Part shown: positions 40,671 through 51,204 of the stretch, piece by piece
Position numbering within the stretch: the stretch's first letter is position 1
How the letters are laid out: each line of letters begins with the position of its first letter
NCBI GenBank assembly: GCA_963829055.1
Contig: CAWHHI010000017.1
Span: 64,001-128,000 of the forward strand
Direction: 5' to 3'
Length of the DNA: 64,000 nt
Source: an uncultured Gemmatimonadaceae bacterium
GTDB lineage: Bacteria > Gemmatimonadota > Gemmatimonadetes > Gemmatimonadales > Gemmatimonadaceae
Program-made: the position numbers and the translations under genes
Notes under the pieces: model-generated
The model's input: the letters and a program-made list of their open reading frames with translations, nothing else
What the model was told of the DNA's origin: nothing
The model's database searches: none

Positions 40671-43367
40671 CTAGTCCCCTCGCAATACCTCCACCGGATT
40701 CGTCCGAGTAGCCCGCAGCGCCGGGACGTAGCTCGCGGCCAGTGCCGCGATCGCAAGCGTCGCAGCAACCAGCACCATCGTGATCGGGTCCGTCGGCGTG
40801 ACCGCGAACAGGAAGCTCGAGAGGAATCGCGTTAGGCCGAACGCCAGCACCAGACCCGCCACGATGCCGACGCCCGCCAGCGCCATCCCCTGCCGCACCA
40901 CCATCCCCGCCACGCTCGACGGCTTCGCACCCAGAGCCACACGGATGCCGATCTCCTTCCTCCGCTGTGCGACACCGTACGCGATGACACCGTAGATCCC
41001 GATCACCGCGATCGCCAGCGCCACGATCGAGAACGTCGAGAAGAGGAACATCAGGAATCGCGGCTGCGACACCGACTCGCCGCGCACTTCCTCCATGGTG
41101 CGGAACTGACCCACCGGAAGCTGGGCATCCAGCGCCGCGACCTCGCCACGCACCGCGCGCGTGAGCGTGGACGGCTCGCCGGTCGTCCGCAGCACGAGGT
41201 TCAGCGAGCGCATGACGGCCCCGCCACCCCAGAAGCGGAATTGCGTGTGCGCGAGATACATCTCGCCGACCGGCGTCGCCGCCAGGCTCGCCTGCCTAAC
41301 GTCGGCGACGATGCCGACGATCGTCACCATCCCCGGCCCGGCCTTGCCGCCGAGCTTGAAACGCTTGCCGATCGGGTCGTCGTTCTGCCAGTACTTCTTC
41401 GCCAGCGCTTCGTTGATCACGACCACGCCCGGAGTCGTTTCGAGATCCGTCTCCTCGATGCCTCGACCGCGAAGCAGCCGCATCCCGATCGCCTTGAAAT
41501 ACCCCGGCGTCACCACCTGCCAGTCCGCTCGGCGACGCGTCTCCCCCGGTGCGACCGGACGCCCCTCGATCTCGATGCCGAGGTCGCCCCGCTCCGCCAC
41601 GAGTGGCACGCCGGCGACGCCGCCGGCACTCGAGACACCCGGAAGTCCCGCGACACGGCGCGTGAGCTCCTGATAGAACCGCACGACGCGCTCGGTCTCC
41701 GCATAACGAGATGACGGCAGCGAGATCGGCACCGTGAGCACGTGGTCGACGCGGTAGCCGGGGTCCACCGACAGCAGTTGGACAAAGCTTCGCGTCATGA
41801 GGCCCGCACCGACGAGCAGCACGAGCGCGATCGCGACTTCGCTGATCACGAGCGTGCGGCGCGCCCCCTGCCTGACGCCGCCGGCCACGCCCCGGCCACC
41901 CTCGCGCAGCATCGACTGCACGTTGACGCGCGTCGCGTTCACGGCGGGAAGCAGCCCGAAGATCACGCCCACTACCGTCGATGCCGCCAACGCGAACAGC
42001 AGAACGCGGAAGTCGACGCCGATCGCGTCGAGACGCGGGATGTTCGGCGGACGCAGCGCGACGAGAAACCGAGTCCCGAGAAAGGCGAGCGCTATTCCAA
42101 CGACGCCACCCGTGAGCGACAGCACGACGCTCTCGACGAGCATTTGCCGCATGAGTCGCGCGCGACCGGCGCCGAGCGCGGTGCGCACCGCCATCTCGCG
42201 ACGACGCCCCTCGGTTCGCGACAACAGCAAGCTCGCGACGTTCGCGCAGGCGATGAGCAGCACGAACCCGACCGCGCCCAGCAACACCATGAGCGTCGGG
42301 CGCACTCGGCCGACGACACTGTCGAGCAGCGGCAGCGCGCCGCCGACGAAGTTCATCTTCGCCGGGTAATCGTTAGGGAAGTCCACCGGGAACCGACGCG
42401 CCACCGACGCCACGTCCGCACTCGCCTGACTCGGCGTCACCCCGCGGCGCAGTCGCGCGACGCCGGACAGGAAATGACTCCCGCGGATCATGGTGCTGTC
42501 ACGGCTCAATCCCAGCGGGACGAACAGCTGCGCGGCGTCGGTCTCCGAGAGCTGCTCGGGAACACGGAAGCCTTCGGGCATCACGCCGACGACAGTGGTC
42601 GCCGTACCATCGAGGATGATGCTCTTCCCGACGACGTCCCGCGCGCCACCGAAGCGGCGCTGCCAGAGTCCATAGCCGAGGACCACGACGTTGACGCCGG
42701 GGACATCCTCGGACGAGCTGATGACACGCCCGACTGCCGGAGCGACCCCGAGCGCCGGAAAAACACCCGCACTGAGCAGAACCGCGGGGAGACGTTCCGG
42801 CTCGCCATCTCCCGTTAGGCTGACCACGGCGGGCGTGTAGACGCCGAACGCCTCGAACGTCTTGGTGCCGTCGCGATAATCGAAGTACTCCGCGGGCGAG
42901 ACTGATGAGATCGCGCCGAGGATGTCGGCGTTCCCGTCCCACGTGTTGCGAATGGCGACGAGGCGCTCGGGCTCCGCGTAAGGCAGCGGTCGCAGCAGCA
43001 CGCCGTTCACGACGCTGAACAGCGCGGTGTTCGCGCCGATGCCGAGCGCGAGCGTGATGATCGCGACGATGGTGAAGCCGGGATTGCGGCGAAGCGCGCG
43101 CACGGCGTAGCGGAGGTCCTTCACGGTATTCTCGACGCCGTTCCCGCCGCGCGCGTCGCGGAGCTCGTCCTTCGTGCTCTCGAAGCCGCCGAACACCCGG
43201 GCCGCTTCGGTCCGCGCGGTGTTCGCGTCCAGCCCGCGCCGCTGGCGCGCCGAGGCCTCCATGTCGAGATGAAACCGGAGCTCGTCGTCGATCTCGCGCT
43301 CGACTGTTCGTCGATCGAACAGTGCGCGGAGACCGAACACCAGGCGTTGGATGATCGGTGCGGGCAT
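40671..43367 (-). CDS. ADOP duplicated ABC permease with N-terminal permease prefix
   Basis: EIDDELRFHLDM, DLRYAVRALRR, LALGIGANTALFS and LLIACANVA motifs; ends PVEVLRGD. Confidence 0.94.
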   Translation of the reverse strand: MPAPIIQRLVFGLRALFDRRTVEREIDDELRFHLDMEASARQRRGLDANTARTEAARVFGGFESTKDELRDARGGNGVENTVKDLRYAVRALRRNPGFTIVAIITLALGIGANTALFSVVNGVLLRPLPYAEPERLVAIRNTWDGNADILGAISSVSPAEYFDYRDGTKTFEAFGVYTPAVVSLTGDGEPERLPAVLLSAGVFPALGVAPAVGRVISSSEDVPGVNVVVLGYGLWQRRFGGARDVVGKSIILDGTATTVVGVMPEGFRVPEQLSETDAAQLFVPLGLSRDSTMIRGSHFLSGVARLRRGVTPSQASADVASVARRFPVDFPNDYPAKMNFVGGALPLLDSVVGRVRPTLMVLLGAVGFVLLIACANVASLLLSRTEGRRREMAVRTALGAGRARLMRQMLVESVVLSLTGGVVGIALAFLGTRFLVALRPPNIPRLDAIGVDFRVLLFALAASTVVGVIFGLLPAVNATRVNVQSMLREGGRGVAGGVRQGARRTLVISEVAIALVLLVGAGLMTRSFVQLLSVDPGYRVDHVLTVPISLPSSRYAETERVVRFYQELTRRVAGLPGVSSAGGVAGVPLVAERGDLGIEIEGRPVAPGETRRRADWQVVTPGYFKAIGMRLLRGRGIEETDLETTPGVVVINEALAKKYWQNDDPIGKRFKLGGKAGPGMVTIVGIVADVRQASLAATPVGEMYLAHTQFRFWGGGAVMRSLNLVLRTTGEPSTLTRAVRGEVAALDAQLPVGQFRTMEEVRGESVSQPRFLMFLFSTFSIVALAIAVIGIYGVIAYGVAQRRKEIGIRVALGAKPSSVAGMVVRQGMALAGVGIVAGLVLAFGLTRFLSSFLFAVTPTDPITMVLVAATLAIAALAASYVPALRATRTNPVEVLRGD

Positions 43368-43480
43368 CTATGCTCTCTCCTTCGGATGGCTCAGGATACC
43401 GTTCCTGTAGCCATTCGACAAGAGAAGGTGCCGGATGGTTTGCAGGGTGCGATCTTCGCGGATTGGTCGGTCTGGCTTGT

Positions 43481-43920
43481 CGCGCCGGGGCCGGTGGGAA
43501 CTACGATTTGGCGGATGAACTGCAAAACGCCGGGCTGTCATTCCGAGCGGAGCCGCGAAGGCGCAGTCGAGGAATCGCGATCATACGGGCAGAGGGCTCT
43601 ACCGGGACTCGATTCCTCGACTCGCTGCGCTCGCTCGGAATGACAGCCCGGCTTTGCATCGACGCATCATCGCGCCGGGGCCGGTGAGAACTGCGATTGG
43701 GCGGATGAAACGGAAGAAGCAGGATAGCGCCCGCGTAAGGGCCGGCTCCGCTCGCACCGAGCCGGGACTCTTTGGGAACGGCCGCTCGGGACGTCAATGC
43801 GTCCCGAGCGGCCGTTCCTATTTCAGTCACGCTCCGGCGAGAGCCAGCGTCGATGCAAAGCCGTATCCGGCCGTTTTCCGTGTCATCCGCAAAATCGTAG
43901 TTCCCACCGGCCCCGGCGCG
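43481..43920. repeat. Structured repeat family A, full copy with a nested family-B element at 43536-43645
   Basis: Terminal arms CGCGCCGGGGCCGGTGGGAACTACGATT / AATCGTAGTTCCCACCGGCCCCGGCGCG; body homologous to 54571-54911. Confidence 0.9.
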
Positions 43921-44020
43921 GTGAACCAGACGAGCAGATCCGCGACGATCGCCGCACGGCTATCGTCGCACAGCCAACTGTACCATCCCCGCACGTGTCT
44001 CAGCCGTTACCCCTCCCCGG

Positions 44021-46426
44021 ATGAAGACTCCGATGCTGACACTCGCGGGCGATGTGCGGTACGCGGTTCGGGCCCTCAGGCGACGTCCCGGCTTCACGAT
44101 CGTTGCGATCCTCACGCTCGCGCTCGGGATCGGCGCGAACGCTGCCATCTTCAGCGCCGTCCGCGGCATCCTGCTCAGTCCCCTGCCGTTCCGCGCACCC
44201 GAGCGGCTCGTGTCGTTCAACGCCGAGCAGTTCATCGCGAATGCGGAGTTGCTGCATCTGCAGCAGAACGCACGCACGCTCGACGGCGTCGCCGCTCTCA
44301 GCCCCGGATGGGGGATGGCGCTCACGGGCAGCGGCGAGGCAACTCAGCTCAACACGAACCGAGTCTCCACCAACCTCCTCGACGTGCTCGGCGTTCGACC
44401 AATGCTCGGGCGGACATTCGTCGACGGCGAGTCCATCCCTGGCCGCGAGACGGTCGCGATCCTCAGCCATGCACTCTGGGCCGAGCGGTTCGGGAGTGAT
44501 CGCTCGATCATCGGGCGCAGCATGGTGCTCGATGGCACGCCGTACACCATCGTCGGCGTTTTGCCACCGGGGTTCGAAGTGCTCGGTCGGCCAGCAGACC
44601 TGTGGACACCACTCGTCATCGACCCAACCGCCTGGTTCCATCGCGGCGCGACCGCATGGCTCGTCGCGCGACTCCGCGCCGGCGTGACGATCGAGCAGGC
44701 GCGCGCCGAGCTCGCGACGCTGTACCCGCGGATGCGCGAGGCCTACGACTTCGCGCCCGACTACTACAAAAACGCGACGCTGCTCCCATTGCAGGAGCGC
44801 GCCGTCGGAAGCGTGCGCACGGCGTTGCTCGTGCTGCTGGCGGCCGTCGGCTTCATCGTGATGATCGCCGGAGCGAACGTCGGGAATCTGTTGCTCATGC
44901 GCGCGGCCGGACGTCGACGCGAGATCGCCGTCCGCACCGCACTCGGCGCCACGCGCCGGCGGGTGCTCGCGCAGATGCTCGTCGAGAGCGTCGTTCTCGC
45001 GTTAGGTGGCGCCGCCGTCGGCGTCGCGCTCGGTGCGTTCGGCGTTCGCGTCCTTCGCGCGGCACTGCCGCCCGACACGCCACGGCTGTCGTCTATCACG
45101 CTCGACGCGCCAGTGCTCGCGTTATGCGCTGGCCTGGCGATTCTTCTCGGCATCGCGTTCGGGCTCGCGCCCGCCTTGCTCGCCAGCGGCGGCGACGTGC
45201 AGGACGCCTTACGCGGCGCGCGTGGTGTCGCCGGACGCGCGGGCGGTGAACGTGCGCGCGGCACGCTCGTGGTGGCGGAGGTCGCGCTGACGCTCGTGCT
45301 CGTGATCGGCGCAGGGTTGATGATGCGCACGCTCTGGTCGTTGTCGCACGTCGCGACCGGATTCCGACCCGACGGCGTATTGACCATGCGCCTTCAGCCG
45401 ACTGGCGGACGATTCGACACGGGAGCGAAGCAGGGCGAGTACGTGACCACCGTACTCGAACGGCTCGCACGATTGCCGGGCGTGCAGTCGACAGGCGCGA
45501 TCCATCACCTGCCGCTGGCGGGGCTCTCGTGGTATGCGAACGTCGATCTCGAGGGGCGCGTCAGGCCCGCTGGAGAGCCGCCGATGCGATCCGGCTGGCG
45601 CGTCATTGCCGGCGACTACTTCCAGACGATGCGCATTCCACTCATCCGCGGTCGCGCGTTCAGCGCGACGGACACGCGCGAGGGCCCGCCGGTGGCGATC
45701 GTGAGCGACGCGTTCGCCCGCATCGCCTGGCCTGGTGAGGACCCCATCGGCAAACGATTCCTCGCCGGGAACGCGACGCGTGGTGGCGCCGTGACCGTCG
45801 TGGGTGTTGTTGGAGGCGTTAGGCACGTGACGCTCGACGCGGCGCCGGCCCCGGAGCTCTACCGGCCGATCGCGCAGACGCCGATGGCCGCGGTGACGGT
45901 CGCCGTACGAACCACGGGCGACCCACTGGCCCTGGCGGCGCTCGCGCAGCAGGCAGTCCGCGCGATCGACGCCAATGTTCCGATCTCCGACGTGCGATCG
46001 CTCGAACAGGTGATGTCGACGTCCGTCGCCCGCCCTCGGCTCATCATGGCGCTGTTGCTCGTGTTCGCGGGGGTCGGCACGGTGCTGGGCGCGGTCGGGG
46101 TCTATGGGGTGATCGCGTACGCGGTGGGCGAGCGGCGCCGTGAGATCGGCGTCCGCATTGCGTTAGGCGCGGAGCCGAGTGCGGTCGCGGCCGCGGTGGT
46201 GTTGCGGGGTGTGCGGTACGCGGCGATTGGCGTGGGCGTGGGCCTCGCCGGGGCGCTGGCGGTGACGAGAGTGATGCGAACGCTGTTGTTCGGGGTCAGC
46301 GCTACCGATCCCGTGACATTCGTCGGCTTGGCGGTGCTCCTGATACTGATTGCGGCACTGGCGAGCTACTTACCGGCGCGTCAGGCGTCGACGATCAACC
46401 CCATGGAGGCGATGCGCGCGGATTGA
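44021..46426 (+). CDS. ADOP duplicated ABC permease
   Basis: DVRYAVRALRR, LALGIGANAAIFS, REIAVRTALGA and GVYGVIAY motifs; ends PMEAMRAD. Confidence 0.94.
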   Translation: MKTPMLTLAGDVRYAVRALRRRPGFTIVAILTLALGIGANAAIFSAVRGILLSPLPFRAPERLVSFNAEQFIANAELLHLQQNARTLDGVAALSPGWGMALTGSGEATQLNTNRVSTNLLDVLGVRPMLGRTFVDGESIPGRETVAILSHALWAERFGSDRSIIGRSMVLDGTPYTIVGVLPPGFEVLGRPADLWTPLVIDPTAWFHRGATAWLVARLRAGVTIEQARAELATLYPRMREAYDFAPDYYKNATLLPLQERAVGSVRTALLVLLAAVGFIVMIAGANVGNLLLMRAAGRRREIAVRTALGATRRRVLAQMLVESVVLALGGAAVGVALGAFGVRVLRAALPPDTPRLSSITLDAPVLALCAGLAILLGIAFGLAPALLASGGDVQDALRGARGVAGRAGGERARGTLVVAEVALTLVLVIGAGLMMRTLWSLSHVATGFRPDGVLTMRLQPTGGRFDTGAKQGEYVTTVLERLARLPGVQSTGAIHHLPLAGLSWYANVDLEGRVRPAGEPPMRSGWRVIAGDYFQTMRIPLIRGRAFSATDTREGPPVAIVSDAFARIAWPGEDPIGKRFLAGNATRGGAVTVVGVVGGVRHVTLDAAPAPELYRPIAQTPMAAVTVAVRTTGDPLALAALAQQAVRAIDANVPISDVRSLEQVMSTSVARPRLIMALLLVFAGVGTVLGAVGVYGVIAYAVGERRREIGVRIALGAEPSAVAAAVVLRGVRYAAIGVGVGLAGALAVTRVMRTLLFGVSATDPVTFVGLAVLLILIAALASYLPARQASTINPMEAMRAD

Positions 46427-46430
46427 GGTC

Positions 46431-46557
46431 GTCATTCCGAGCGGAGCGCCGTCAGGCGCGGAGTCGAGGAATCGCGATCGTACCGGTAGAGGGCCCTCTA
46501 CACCGCAGGCCAAGGATTCCTCGACTCCGCCGCTTCGCGGCTCCGCTCGGAATGACA
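46431..46557. repeat. REP-like palindrome family B
   Basis: Same termini and inner stem as the other B copies. Confidence 0.9.
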
Positions 46558-46612
46558 ACCCGCTCGGAAGCGAGTGGCGTGACTTCGACCGCCGCTCACG
46601 GGTTGTATTCCC

Positions 46613-49086
46613 GTGAGGCAGCCTGCTGCTACTACACCTACTGACGCGTTCGCTCTGGACCTGCGCCGCGTCGTGCGGCGACTCGTGCGCGCCCCCGGGT
46701 TCGCCGCCACCGTCGTGCTCTCGCTCGCGATCGGCATGGCGTCCGTCATCGCGCTGCTCGGCGTCATCGACACACAGCTCTTTCGCGACCCCGCCGGTCT
46801 CCGCGACCCACGTCGCGTCGTCGCCATTGGACCGTGGGCCGGCTTCGCGCGAACATCCTACCCCGACTTCGTCGACCTCCGCGACCAGGGGCGATCGCTC
46901 GAGTCCGTCGGCGCGTTCGGAGTCTGGAACTACTCCGCGCGCGTCGGCAGCGCCGTAGCGCCAGCCCGCGGACTTCTCGCATCGCACTCGCTGCTGCCGA
47001 CCCTCGGCATGGCGCCCGCCATTGGTCGCACGTTCGTCGCAACCGAGGACCGGCCGGGTGCACCGACGGTCGCTCTCATCGGTGCCGGCCTTCGACATCG
47101 GTTCTTCAACACTGATCGCGAAGCACTGGGCAAGACGGTCCGGCTCGCCGGTATCGACTTCACGATCATCGGCGTCCTTCCGTCGAGCTTCACCGCGCCC
47201 GACATGTCGCCGGTCGACCTCGTGCTGCCGATCGAGAACGCCCCGTGGTTCGGAGGACGCGAAGCGCTCGTCAACCGCGACTTTCAGTGGGTTCGCATCG
47301 TCGGCCGATTGCGGCCGGCAGCTCGGCGGCCGCCGCGAGCGCGGAAGCGAGCGCGATCTACCGGCGCGCGAATGTCGGCGTTCGCGCGGTCGATCAGACG
47401 ACGCTCGCGCGCGAGACGATTCCCGTTCGCTCGTTGCGTGAGGCGCGCCGCGATCCGAGTGCGCCGAGCGCGCGGGTGTCCGTGTGGCTCACGGCGCTGG
47501 CGGCCGTGGTCCTGCTCATCGCGTGCGCGAACGTCGCCAGCCTCTTCGTCGCGCGCGGCGTCGCCGACCAGCACGAGCTCGCGATCCATGTGGCGTTAGG
47601 CGCGACCAGTGGGCGACTCGCGCGCCGCGCGCTGCTCGAAGTCGGGATCCTCGTCGTGCTCGCGGTCGTGCTCGCGCTGATCACAGCGCGCTTCGCATCC
47701 ACCGCGCTCGGCGCCTTGCTGGCCAATACGCTGGCCCCCACGCCGATTGATGTACGCACCGGCGCGATCGCGGCTGGCATCGCGGCGATCACGTGCGTGG
47801 CCTGCGCGCTCGGTCCAGTCGTACGGGCGACACGAGTGAACCCGCGTTCGACGCTCGGCATCCAGTCGCGGACGGTGGCGTCATCGCATCGGTATGCGCT
47901 GCGCACGCTCGTCTCTCTCCAGGTCGCGCTCGGCGTCGTACTCGTCTCCGAAGCGGCGGTGTTCGCCGCCAGTCTGCGCAACGCGACCCGCGTGGACCTC
48001 GGCTTCGATCTCGATCGTCTCGTTGTTGCGGACGTCGACCTGCGAGCGGCGGGGTTCACGCCGTCGACGAGCTCGAGCGCCGCGGCCCGCGCGCTCGACG
48101 CCGTGCGTCGCATTCGGGGCGTCACCGCTGCGGGGATGACCAACGCCGCCACTGTTCCAGGCTATCTCAATCCGCCGGTGCGAGTACCCGGTCGAGATTC
48201 GGTACCCGCCGGAATCGACGACAGCGAGCCGTACGTCAACTCCGTGACGGCCGGTTTCCTCGAGGCGTTAGGCGTGCCGCTGCTGCGCGGGCGACGACTG
48301 ACCGAAGACGATGAACGCGCGGCCAGACCGGTCCTGCTCGTGAGCGAGCGCTTCGCCCACCTGTACTGGCGTGGCGAGAACGCGATCGGCCAGTGCGTGC
48401 GAGTCGGACGGTCGCTGTCGACGCCGTGCGCACAAGTCGTTGGTGTGGTCGGGGACCGCCGCGGCTCGCCCGGCGCGACGCACGGCGTGGCCGAGGTGTA
48501 TCTGCCGTCGACGTCGTCAGCGATGCCGGCGGATCTGGCGCAGGCGTTCCTCGGACGCGAGCTGGCGGTGCGCGTCGACCCCGGCCACCCGGAGGTCGCG
48601 ACCGCCGTGCAACGGAATCTGCTCGACGCGATCCCCGCGCTGACGTCCGTACGCGTGCGTGTGGGCGACGACTACCTCGAGCGGCAGACGCGATCGTGGC
48701 GCCTGGGCGCGGCGGTGATCGGTGTCTTCGCCGCGGTCGCACTGCTGCTGGCGGCGGTTGGCGTGTTCAGCGTGTGGTCGCACGCGGTCGCAACACGACG
48801 CCGCGAGCTCGGCATTCGCGGCGCGCTCGGCGCTCGACCCGGTGACCTCGCGTGGCTCATCGTCCGCGACGCGCTGGCGGTCGCGTCGGTGGGGGCTGTG
48901 TTCGGAATCGCTGTGGCCGTCGCGGCGGGCGGCGCGGTCCGGTCGATGGCCTTCGGAATCTCGCCGCTGGACCCACGCGTCTTCGCGGTCAGCTGCATCG
49001 CGTTCGTGCTCGTGACCTGCCTGGCGACGATCGGACCCGCCTTGCGAGCGGCGTTCACGGATCCGAGGGGGGCGTTGGCAGGCTAG
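46613..49086 (+). CDS. Divergent ADOP permease, frameshift near 47330
   Basis: DLRRVVRRL, SYPDFVDLR, LLIACANVA and RELGIRGALGA motifs. Confidence 0.87.
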
Positions 49087-49099
49087 TGGATTGCTTCCC

Positions 49100-49232
49100 A
49101 GATGTTGAATAGCAGGCGAGGCAGGCCCTATTGCCAGATTTGGCCATACACGCCGCAGCTCGCCCCGGTGCAGCGGCTTTGCCGTTGGCCAAATCTGGCA
49201 ATGAGGCCAGAATCGCCTGCTATTCAACATCT
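49100..49232. repeat. 133-bp single-copy palindrome between convergent genes
   Basis: Perfect 20-bp outer arms AGATGTTGAATAGCAGGCGA and 17-bp inner arms ATTGCCAGATTTGGCCA. Confidence 0.88.
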
Positions 49233-49253
49233 CAGACGTGTTCCACTAGGCCA

Positions 49254-50033
49254 TCACGCCGGCATCTGCTCTCGGAGCCGCTTGCTCTTCTTCAGTGCGC
49301 GCGCCCAGGCCCAGAAAACCACCACGAGCGCGATCCCGGTGGCGAGGACCGCGTGACGGACCGGGTGCGCGCTCCATGGCTGGTAACGCAGGGAGTCCGC
49401 CAGCATCAAAACGAACGCACCGGCGATCCAGTACGCGGAGCTGCCGTATTCCTTGAGGATGACGCGTCGCCAGTTGAACGCCATGCCTTGCATCGACGTG
49501 GCAAAGCCGCCGAGACGTACTCTCCAGCGCGGTACGCGCGCCGCGTACGCGTCGTACTGGGCGCCGAACTTCCGTCTCAGAAATGCCTCTTCGGCGGCAA
49601 CAATCGCGGAGTAGCCGATGAGGAAGAACGGCACTCCGACGAGATACGCCGCCGGTGCGTTCCATGTGAGCAGCAGCCCGAGCAGAATGAGCAGGTTGCC
49701 AACGTAGAGCGGATTGCGCGAATGATTGAAGAACCCGCCGGTCACGAGATCCTCGGCGTATACCTGCCGGTTCTTCCCACCACGGATGATGTACGCGTAG
49801 CCAACGACCGCCACGCGCAGTGCCTGCCCGAGCAGCGCGACGCCGAAGCCGACGAGATCGAGTGCGGTGTCATAGTCGTCGCGCCCGCGTGGCCAGTGTG
49901 GCCGCGTGAGAACGAACAGCGCGAGGAGTACCGCGGGGAAGATTCCGTCGCGGTACTTGAAGAGGAAGTTGCCGTAGCGGACGAGCGCTGACGGCACGGT
50001 GTCGTCGGCGGAGGTCGTGGCCGGCGAGATCAT
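49254..50033 (-). CDS. Isoprenylcysteine carboxyl methyltransferase / PEMT (Ste14-like) membrane protein
   Basis: LVTGGFFNHSRNPLYVGN; EEAFLRRKFGAQYDAYAARVPRW; multiple TM helices; ATGA overlap with cmoA. Confidence 0.9.
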   Translation of the reverse strand: MISPATTSADDTVPSALVRYGNFLFKYRDGIFPAVLLALFVLTRPHWPRGRDDYDTALDLVGFGVALLGQALRVAVVGYAYIIRGGKNRQVYAEDLVTGGFFNHSRNPLYVGNLLILLGLLLTWNAPAAYLVGVPFFLIGYSAIVAAEEAFLRRKFGAQYDAYAARVPRWRVRLGGFATSMQGMAFNWRRVILKEYGSSAYWIAGAFVLMLADSLRYQPWSAHPVRHAVLATGIALVVVFWAWARALKKSKRLREQMPA

Positions 50034-50851
50034 TTGACGGCGATCATCCCGGCGAAGTTGTACCAGCGGAAGAACTCCTGGAACTTCGTGAAGCCGCACT
50101 CCAGTAGCAGATCCCGATTTTCGTCGAGGCGATAGGGGATCAGCACGTTCTCCAGCGCTTCGCGCTTGCGCGCGATCTCCATGTCGGAGTAGCCGTGCCG
50201 CCGCTTCATGTCGTAGTAGTTGTCGATGAAGAGGCGGTTGAACAGCGTGTCGCTCTCAATGACCTTCTCGGCCACGATGATCGCGCCCTGTTTGCGCGTT
50301 CCCTCGGCGATCGTGCGGATCACGCGGTCGCGGTGCAGCGGACGGACGAACTGGAGCGTGAACAGCATGACGGTGACGGAAGCGTTCTCGATCGCGAACG
50401 GCTCGTGCAGGTCGGCGAGCCGTATCTCGCGCTGACGGGACGGTGGCAGCGTCGTGAGCTTCTGGCGTGCCCGCTCCACCATGTCGGGTGCGTTGTCGTA
50501 GCCAACGAACGCGATCGAGGGGTCGAGTTGCGGCTCGAGCGCCAGGAACGTCGTGCCCGTGGAGCAGCCGAGGTCGTAGACCGTGGTACCAGGCACGGCG
50601 AACTCCGCGGCGAGCTCCGCGGTCATACGTTGGATCTCGCCGTAAAACGGCACCGAGCGGCTGACCATGTTGTCGAACACGCGCACGGTGGTCGCGTCGA
50701 ACGTGAAGTCCGTGGGGCGTGTGGTGCTCTCCGCGAAGATGTCGTCCGTCGGCTCGCCGCCGGGCGTGATCGGTGCCGGCATGCCAGCACCCACTGTTGC
50801 GGTGTCAACGGCCGTGTGCGCTTCGCCGTTCGACCTCGGTTCTGGTGTCAT
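50030..50851 (-). CDS. cmoA: Carboxy-S-adenosylmethionine synthase CmoA homolog
   Basis: FTFD...VFDNMVSRSVPFY, YDLGCSTG, IENAS...FTLQF, AEK, GYSDMEIARKREALENV and FRWYNF are colinear with E. coli CmoA. Confidence 0.88.
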   Translation of the reverse strand: MTPEPRSNGEAHTAVDTATVGAGMPAPITPGGEPTDDIFAESTTRPTDFTFDATTVRVFDNMVSRSVPFYGEIQRMTAELAAEFAVPGTTVYDLGCSTGTTFLALEPQLDPSIAFVGYDNAPDMVERARQKLTTLPPSRQREIRLADLHEPFAIENASVTVMLFTLQFVRPLHRDRVIRTIAEGTRKQGAIIVAEKVIESDTLFNRLFIDNYYDMKRRHGYSDMEIARKREALENVLIPYRLDENRDLLLECGFTKFQEFFRWYNFAGMIAVK

Positions 50852-51204
50852 GGCTTGTCTGTCTCGAGGTAAGCACCCGCGTCCTCAGCACGGGCGAGGG
50901 CACTTTGCGCCCACGCGAAGCCCGGACGAGTCAACATCCTTGTACCGCAGCAAATCAGGAGCCCACAGGGGCCGAACCGACAAAGGCCGCTCGGAGGCAG
51001 TTAGTGACCACGGACAATGCCGAACGATGTATCACGTTCGCTCCGGTCCCGCTGTCTGGCCAGTCACCCCAGCACCCTGTTCCCCATCCGCGGCCCGTCC
51101 CTCAGATACGCTGGACGTCCCGCCCACGGCCGGCTCATCATCCGGGGCGATGAGGGCGCGGCACAGGGCCGTACCCTGCACGCGATGCCTCAGGAGAGAC
51201 CCGG

